Of a stretch of DNA of 64,000 nt, positions 58,109 through 64,000 are shown piece by piece. The translations under genes and the position numbers were made by a program. The DNA is taken from positions 160,001-224,000 of the forward strand of contig JAWXAQ010000008.1 of the NCBI GenBank assembly GCA_034439575.1. The letters run 5' to 3'. This DNA is from Leptospira sp. GTDB taxonomy: Bacteria; Spirochaetota; Leptospiria; Leptospirales; Leptospiraceae. The notes below the pieces were generated by a model. That model worked only from the letters and a program-made list of their open reading frames with translations. It was not told where the DNA came from and did no database searches. The first letter of the stretch is position 1. The number at the start of each line of letters is the position of its first letter.

Positions 58109-61100
58109 TTATTTAATGAGAATCCTAGCGCCACGCTTTTGTTGTGTATATAATCTATCAAATTTTTCATTTGGATGCAGTCCAGATATGTCACCTAAAT
58201 CATGTTTTAAGGCCATTAACTCTTGCACTAGAAGTGATTCACCCTCATACGTTACGATATCTTTTTGCTTTTCAAAATCGAAAAATGATTTTGCTTTTTC
58301 TATAGTTTCTTGTGAAACGTGAATGATGCCTTCTTGGGTCGCTCGTCTGATCGCTTGTGTTTGTGTAACTGTTTTGCCCCAAATATCATAACTGAATTTC
58401 GATTTTCCTATGACGCCAGCGACTACAGGTCCCGAATGCACAGCGATCGTAATACCGCTTGGCTTAAATGCGAGGTTTGAAAATTGTTCATTGAGTAAAC
58501 TTACTTCCTGTTTTATCGATAACGCCGCTAAACACGCGTCAATCGGATGAGTGAAATTTCCTATCGGGAGTCCTCCTGCTGCAATAAACATATCTCCCGT
58601 CATTTTTAATTTTTCCAAATTCCATTTTTTAATGATTTCATCAAATCTTGAAAAATATAAATCTAATCCTTCAATTAATTCTTCAGGTGTGAGTTTCGCT
58701 GTCATTTGCGAAAAACCAGAGAAACCAGTAATCAATATTGTCACATTTTCGAATTCAACTGGATTCACTCTTCCTTTCAATTGAAGCTCTTCAGCCACAT
58801 TCTTAGGTAATATATTTAAAAGTAAGGCGTCCGATTTTTTCTTTTCTTCTTCAATTTTATGTAAAAGGAAATTGTTGTTAATCGCGCTTGCTATGTGTTC
58901 AGAAACACCTATAATCGATGATCTTTCTTCTTTATTTAAACTTTTGTTTTCATCCGTAATTCCAAAAACGGCCATTGCCACCACTTCATCATTGTTAATC
59001 ATTGGTGACACAAGTAAGGATTTAGATTTTGATCGCTGGATTATTTCCCTATCAATCTCATACGGAATATGTTTTGGAATTCGTTTCATATAAAAATATT
59101 TTTTTCTCATATAACATTGATATACGAAACCTCCTTTTTCATTTAGAGGAAATTTTAAGTTCTTAAAATAATTAACTGTCTCATCATCGATTAGATTGAA
59201 ACCAGAATGGTTTAAATATCTAAATTCTTTATATTCTTTATCTAAATAAAACAAAACGCAATTTTCTATTTCATAATTGCTTTTGATAAAGGCAAAAATT
59301 TCTGCGAGTATACCTTCTAAATTCGTTAAAGAGTTAATTCTTTTTGCAAATTCATTTAATTTTTGAATCTCTGCTCTCGCGAGTTCAGAGCGTTTTTTTT
59401 CTTCTTCTGCCAGTTGAAGCAAAAGTGAATTTTGAACGGCGCCAGCAATTTGATCACAGAATCCACTGATCCTTCGTAAGTTTTCATGTTTTAACTTCAA
59501 TGAGTTGTTATATGAAGTAAAATACGCCATACCTATTACTTGGTTTTGAACAATGAGTGGAACAACGACAAAGGAAGAAAGTTTGAAATTTGTGATTATT
59601 TCTTTATCAATTTTGTTTAATGATTTTGGAATATTTGATACATAAAAGGATTTTTTGCGGAGATAAGTTTGGTATACAAAACCACCCGATTCGTTTAAGG
59701 GTATTCTTAAATTTTTTGCATAATCAATTTGAGATTTCGAAACATTTTCTGGAGTTGTGGTATTGTAAGTATAAAATTCGTTTTTGTTATAGTCTAGTAG
59801 TTGTAATATGATCGCTTCAATCTTAAATGTTTTTTGAATGTAATCAAACATTTCATCTATAATTTTAGAAAGTAAAGATTCCGAATTAATGCGTTTGGTG
59901 AACTCATTTAATTTTACTACTTCATTTTTAGCATCCTCCATTTGAATTTTGGTAATTTCTGCGATATTTCTCTCAGTATTTAAATTATCGATCAGTATTG
60001 AATTTGTTACAGAAGTGGCGATGGCTTCGCCGGTTCTTCCTGCCAATTGTAAATCTTGTTTTGTAAAAGGAACTTCATTGTTATCTTTAAATAATGTTAG
60101 TAGACCGACAACTTTTCCTTGAGAGGCAAGGGGAATGATCATTCCTGGTCTATTTCCAATTAGTCTAACAAAGGTATTATTTGATTTTGTAAGGTTTCTT
60201 TCTCTGACTTTTGAAAATGAAAATGATCTATTTCTTTTATATACTAAATAGAAGATTCCAGCATTTGGATTCAATTCAAAATTCATCTCCCTGAATTTTG
60301 CTTCTACTTCTTGGTCATAATGATCAGCAAAAACCCCTTTATGAAATACAACCATTTCCTTTTTTTCATCAATTAAAAATAAAATTAGAGAATCACAATT
60401 AAGGTCCTTCTTTAAGTATTGATATGCTTTTTCTAATATGATTTCCAATCTGATAGTGGAATTGATTGCGCGAGCAAATTCGTTTAACTGCTGTATGTTG
60501 ATTTTACTTTCTTCTAATTCTTTGGTTCTTGCAACGATCAAATCTTCTAGGCCTTCTTTCAGATTGCTTAATTGACCGTTTGATATTTCTAAGTTTTCTT
60601 TTAGTTTTGCAATATCAGAATAAGCACGCGTAAATCCATAGGAAAGGATATAACCTTGAAATAAAATAAAACCTAAAAATCCAAAAGGAATCAGGTTAGT
60701 AGTATTTATGATATTGTTTTGATAAAGTGTATCATTTAACACGGTCAAAAAAATAAAAATAAATCCGACAAGTGATAAAACGGATTTTGTTTTGCCATAT
60801 TTAAAAGCTTTAAGTATAGCGAATATTATGCGAATACAAATGAAAATTAATAATACCTGATAATAAATGGCCAATTGAGAGAATTCGGCGACAGAAAAAA
60901 ATAAAGAGATAATAAATGGTGAGAGGGCAAGAAATACAAATGTGATGGAATGTTTTCCCAAAGTTTCTGGAAAAACGAGTCTATAAAAGTAAGCAAAAAC
61001 ACCAGCGGCAATGTATGCTGTAGAGAATTCAAGACGGATAAGGTTATCCATAGAAATTTCAGGAAATATAACGCCTATTAATCGCTCACCTGTGGTTAAA

Positions 61101-61855
61101 ATCCGAAGGACAAGAAAGAAGCTAAATAGGGAAATAAACAAACTCGCTTTATCTTCCCTTCTCATAAAATACAGACCAAGATGGTATAGAGCCCATAAAA
61201 ATATGCTACCAGCAATAAACGATGTCACCTGGTAACGGTGGTTAAGTTTATTTAATATTTGGTCTCTTTCGCCAATTTCTGAACTTTCCCAAAAGCCACC
61301 TTTTCCATAATGATAGTTTGAAATTTCATAAACAAATTCAGTTTCTTCTGACAACTCTGGTAAATCTTTTGTAAGAGGTCGGTATGATGGTTCTGCATTC
61401 CTCGGATCTGAAGAAAATCTACCTTGTTCATGGAAAAGCTCTCCGTTGATGGAAAACCGATAGGACGAAGAAAGATCAAAATTGTGAATTGTTAACGTAG
61501 GAATGTGTTTTGGTAAAAGTATTTTTAATTTATATGTCGCATAACCAAAGCCTGGTAGTGGTTTCCCTTTCCATATTTCCCCTTTCCAGGAAGAGGGAAC
61601 AGAAATTGGGATGAATTCGGAGGCAAGACCATTTTTTTCATTAAATTTAATGCCGGTTAGTGATTCCCCCCAATAAAATTTCCATTCTCCATCCAAGGGT
61701 ATAGTTCCATCTTTTTTGAAATCCCAATTACGAAGATCGATGACTCCATTTATGGCTGTGGGAGCTGGTTTTTTTTTGTCAAAGATGCCACATTGAAGGT
61801 AAAATATTATAGAAAATAGAATCAGAATTCGCATTACGTTCTGCATGGGTCGCAC
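58109..61855 (-). CDS. 7TM-DISM / multi-GAF class III cyclase-like protein with degenerate catalytic domain
   Basis: 7TMR-DISM extracellular region (GVIDLRNWDF, LDGEWKFYW, GYATY) plus 7 TMs and three GAF-like repeats; cyclase motifs altered to LITGFSGFS, KLKMTGDMF and YDIWGKTVTQTQAI. Confidence 0.88.
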   Translation of the reverse strand: MRPMQNVMRILILFSIIFYLQCGIFDKKKPAPTAINGVIDLRNWDFKKDGTIPLDGEWKFYWGESLTGIKFNEKNGLASEFIPISVPSSWKGEIWKGKPLPGFGYATYKLKILLPKHIPTLTIHNFDLSSSYRFSINGELFHEQGRFSSDPRNAEPSYRPLTKDLPELSEETEFVYEISNYHYGKGGFWESSEIGERDQILNKLNHRYQVTSFIAGSIFLWALYHLGLYFMRREDKASLFISLFSFFLVLRILTTGERLIGVIFPEISMDNLIRLEFSTAYIAAGVFAYFYRLVFPETLGKHSITFVFLALSPFIISLFFSVAEFSQLAIYYQVLLIFICIRIIFAILKAFKYGKTKSVLSLVGFIFIFLTVLNDTLYQNNIINTTNLIPFGFLGFILFQGYILSYGFTRAYSDIAKLKENLEISNGQLSNLKEGLEDLIVARTKELEESKINIQQLNEFARAINSTIRLEIILEKAYQYLKKDLNCDSLILFLIDEKKEMVVFHKGVFADHYDQEVEAKFREMNFELNPNAGIFYLVYKRNRSFSFSKVRERNLTKSNNTFVRLIGNRPGMIIPLASQGKVVGLLTLFKDNNEVPFTKQDLQLAGRTGEAIATSVTNSILIDNLNTERNIAEITKIQMEDAKNEVVKLNEFTKRINSESLLSKIIDEMFDYIQKTFKIEAIILQLLDYNKNEFYTYNTTTPENVSKSQIDYAKNLRIPLNESGGFVYQTYLRKKSFYVSNIPKSLNKIDKEIITNFKLSSFVVVPLIVQNQVIGMAYFTSYNNSLKLKHENLRRISGFCDQIAGAVQNSLLLQLAEEEKKRSELARAEIQKLNEFAKRINSLTNLEGILAEIFAFIKSNYEIENCVLFYLDKEYKEFRYLNHSGFNLIDDETVNYFKNLKFPLNEKGGFVYQCYMRKKYFYMKRIPKHIPYEIDREIIQRSKSKSLLVSPMINNDEVVAMAVFGITDENKSLNKEERSSIIGVSEHIASAINNNFLLHKIEEEKKKSDALLLNILPKNVAEELQLKGRVNPVEFENVTILITGFSGFSQMTAKLTPEELIEGLDLYFSRFDEIIKKWNLEKLKMTGDMFIAAGGLPIGNFTHPIDACLAALSIKQEVSLLNEQFSNLAFKPSGITIAVHSGPVVAGVIGKSKFSYDIWGKTVTQTQAIRRATQEGIIHVSQETIEKAKSFFDFEKQKDIVTYEGESLLVQELMALKHDLGDISGLHPNEKFDRLYTQQKRGARILIK

Positions 61856-61950
61856 TATTTTCGTTAGGTAGGTAAAAATTCAAAGCGGAAAATTTTTAAA
61901 TTAGAGAAACAATTTTATGCAAAGAGCAATTTATTTACACTGATAATCTT

Positions 61951-62946
61951 CTAAAAACTAACTTTGATTTTATCTATTTCCACAAGCGGTTTTAATAATA
62001 AAGTTAAGTAATCCAACATTTCATCGTTTTCTGATTTGGAATAATTTACGATTCCATTTTTTCTTTCGAAAGGATAATATAGTAGTGCCGTATCATTTCT
62101 AATTTCTTGAATTTTTCCGAAAAAGTCAGAATTCATTCTGAACGTACCTATACTGATATCATAAACTTTATTTATGGATATTTGACTTTCTAATCTTGAA
62201 ATTAATGTTCTATATTCTTCTTTCCAATTCGGCTCACGTAACATTGGATCTATGCAGATTCGAACTTTCCAACCAAGATCCAAAGCGGACTGAATGGATT
62301 GTAACCGTGAACTTAATGAAGGAGTTTTTTTTTCGATTTTGGTTATGATATTTTCAGGAGAAAGGGTCCATGCCAGTATCACATTTGGGATTGGTGTTAG
62401 ATGGGAAATACTTGGAAAATTATTTGACTTGGTTCTGATTTCTAATAATAAATTAGGTCTCGTTTCTGCGAATTCAATCCAAGCTTTTGTGGCTGGAAAA
62501 AATGACTCTGTGGCAAGTAGGTCTGTATCATAGGAAAGAGCTAAATATAAGGATTGATATAGGTTTAAAAATGCATCAGTCGCATTAAAATAATCTTCCC
62601 AATTGACAAATAACACTAAATTGGCGGAAGAAAACATTCCTTGCAAATAACAATAGGCACAATCATAAATACAATTTAAAGCAAGAGTGTTGTAATAGAA
62701 GTGAGGCGAATCAAAGTTTGGTGAAAAATGACTCCCTTCGTATAAAAATTGTTCATTTCTTTTTGCTAAAATTAATTTTGGCGATTTTTTCTGTAAAATG
62801 AAATCTTGACCGCGCCGATTGAAGACATCCTTATAATGTTTAATAGGAACTATGACACTGCTTTTAAATTTTTGCAATATGAGTTTTGTTCTAGGATGTT
62901 CGATAATCGCATCTTCTATATATATATGAGAGAATGACTTAAACAT
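61951..62946 (-). CDS. Spore photoproduct lyase-like (SPL family) radical SAM protein
   Basis: NCIYDCAYCYLQ (CX3CX2C), LEIRTKS, LAWTLSP, EKKTPSLSSRL, IDPM. Confidence 0.85.
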   Translation of the reverse strand: MFKSFSHIYIEDAIIEHPRTKLILQKFKSSVIVPIKHYKDVFNRRGQDFILQKKSPKLILAKRNEQFLYEGSHFSPNFDSPHFYYNTLALNCIYDCAYCYLQGMFSSANLVLFVNWEDYFNATDAFLNLYQSLYLALSYDTDLLATESFFPATKAWIEFAETRPNLLLEIRTKSNNFPSISHLTPIPNVILAWTLSPENIITKIEKKTPSLSSRLQSIQSALDLGWKVRICIDPMLREPNWKEEYRTLISRLESQISINKVYDISIGTFRMNSDFFGKIQEIRNDTALLYYPFERKNGIVNYSKSENDEMLDYLTLLLKPLVEIDKIKVSF

Positions 62947-63814
62947 GCAGAAGTTGTCTCCATTGCAAAAAATATTCTTTCACATCACGTTTTTCGAAAT
63001 TTCGTGTGAGTTTGGGTATCTGTGGCTTTGGGATATCTTCGTTCGGATATTTTAAAATAAAATAAATAATCGACTTTTTTAATTCAACTAACATCGATTC
63101 TGTAAAATTTAACGAAAGCGCATGTTCTTTATAGTGTATCCAAACTTCATCTGCTAATGGGGATTTGTCGGCATCTTCTTTTTCAGAAATAAAATCGGGC
63201 AATAAGGTAGGAATATGTTTTTTTAAAAGTTGGGAAACAGTATTTGCAGAACACAAATTTCCTTCCAGATGATCTGAAATCACTTTCCCAATATGAATTT
63301 GACTTAAATCAAAATAAATCGAAGCGGCTTCAAAAAAAGCAGAGGATTCCATATCAACGAGGCTAATGTTAGATGACTCAATAGGATTTAATTTTTTGAA
63401 AATTTGATTTTTTGGATCAGGATTTTTTGTCACCGGCTTATCAAATGTTGTGATAAAAGTCTCAGGAAAATCTGCGATTTTTTCCAGTCGATCCGGAAAG
63501 TATTCTCGTCCCGTGGAATCATCAATGATCTTATGAATCCAAAAAAAATCACCAATCAAGTATTCATTGTTAGCTGAACCACAAATCCCTAAATTCCAAA
63601 TTTGAAAATTTCTTTGATTGCATAAATTTTTAAATTTTTGGGCAAATTCCGTGACTGCCATTGCCATTGCGATTTTTCCAACTCCTGAAATGATGATGGA
63701 GTGGTTTTCTGAATGATAATAGCGAAAATGACCTTGTTTTTTTTCTGGTTTTGCCTCTAAAGCCTCAATCCAAGGTTTTGCTTCTGCGGGAAGCGCAAAA
63801 AATAGGGCAGACAT
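62939..63814 (-). CDS. Nucleoside phosphorylase / MTA-SAH nucleosidase-like protein
   Basis: ALPAEAKP, ISGVGK, WNLGICGS, VDMESSAF, KVISDH; overlaps the SPL-like gene by 8 nt. Confidence 0.78.
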   Translation of the reverse strand: MSALFFALPAEAKPWIEALEAKPEKKQGHFRYYHSENHSIIISGVGKIAMAMAVTEFAQKFKNLCNQRNFQIWNLGICGSANNEYLIGDFFWIHKIIDDSTGREYFPDRLEKIADFPETFITTFDKPVTKNPDPKNQIFKKLNPIESSNISLVDMESSAFFEAASIYFDLSQIHIGKVISDHLEGNLCSANTVSQLLKKHIPTLLPDFISEKEDADKSPLADEVWIHYKEHALSLNFTESMLVELKKSIIYFILKYPNEDIPKPQIPKLTRNFEKRDVKEYFLQWRQLLHV

Positions 63815-63841
63815 AGTCTAATGATTTGGATGGTACCTTTG

Positions 63842-64000
63842 ATGCAAAGAAAACTTTTGCTGGCATTTACTTTCTTATTTGTTATACCTATACTCTCAGG
63901 AGAAAAAAAAATGTCATTTCACAATTTGAATTCGCATACAATCCAAGGCAAAGAACAATCCCTTTCTGTTTATAAGGGAAAGGTGGCTCTGGTAGTCAAT
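63842..64000 (+). CDS. Glutathione peroxidase family protein (5' part; truncated by window end)
   Basis: Manual translation MQRKLLLAFTFLFVIPILSGEKK-MSFHNLNSHTIQGKEQSLSVYKGKVALVVN; the 'G....L..YKGKV.LVVN' pattern is the GPx N-terminus. Confidence 0.78.
   Translation, partial: MQRKLLLAFTFLFVIPILSGEKKMSFHNLNSHTIQGKEQSLSVYKGKVALVVN

Overview
A 64 kb AT-rich bacterial chromosomal segment, most likely from a saprophytic-type Leptospira. This assignment is an inference from the Leptospira-style FliD, the 'QQDGDYFLT' SpoIIE phosphatases, the many class III cyclases, the ankyrin proteins and lipoproteins, and the GC-rich intergenic repeats. From left to right it holds: a CzcCBA/CusCBA-type heavy-metal RND operon cut by the window edge, with an unusually elaborate leader; GNAT-nitrilase, FAD oxidoreductase, ppk1, fliD, dapF and an acyltransferase; an adenylate cyclase, a GPH transporter and two tandem SpoIIE phosphatases; an Ig-like lipoprotein preceded by a dif-like site; thiolase and 3-hydroxyacyl-CoA dehydrogenase; a visibly more AT-rich accessory stretch (about 32.3-49.8 kb) with REP/MITE-like repeats, MarR and TetR modules and a mosaic pseudogene; an M23 peptidase-ankyrin-2x cNMP-binding operon; a membrane LuxR/ankyrin/Cys-rich lipoprotein module; an active plus degenerate adenylate cyclase pair; an SPL-like radical SAM plus nucleoside-phosphorylase pair; and the start of a glutathione peroxidase. 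No rRNA, tRNA, CRISPR array, transposase or integrase was recognised. The best candidates for undescribed biology are: (1) two tandem membrane-anchored ORFs ending in LxLPPP plus an unannotated 14-codon ORF coupled to czcC, suggesting ribosome-stalling or translational control of metal efflux; (2) a cyclase/pseudo-cyclase pair; (3) a non-canonical SPL-like/phosphorylase/SDR pathway; (4) a family of structured intergenic repeats and dif-like sites around accessory genes. All product calls come from motifs read by eye; no database searches were run.
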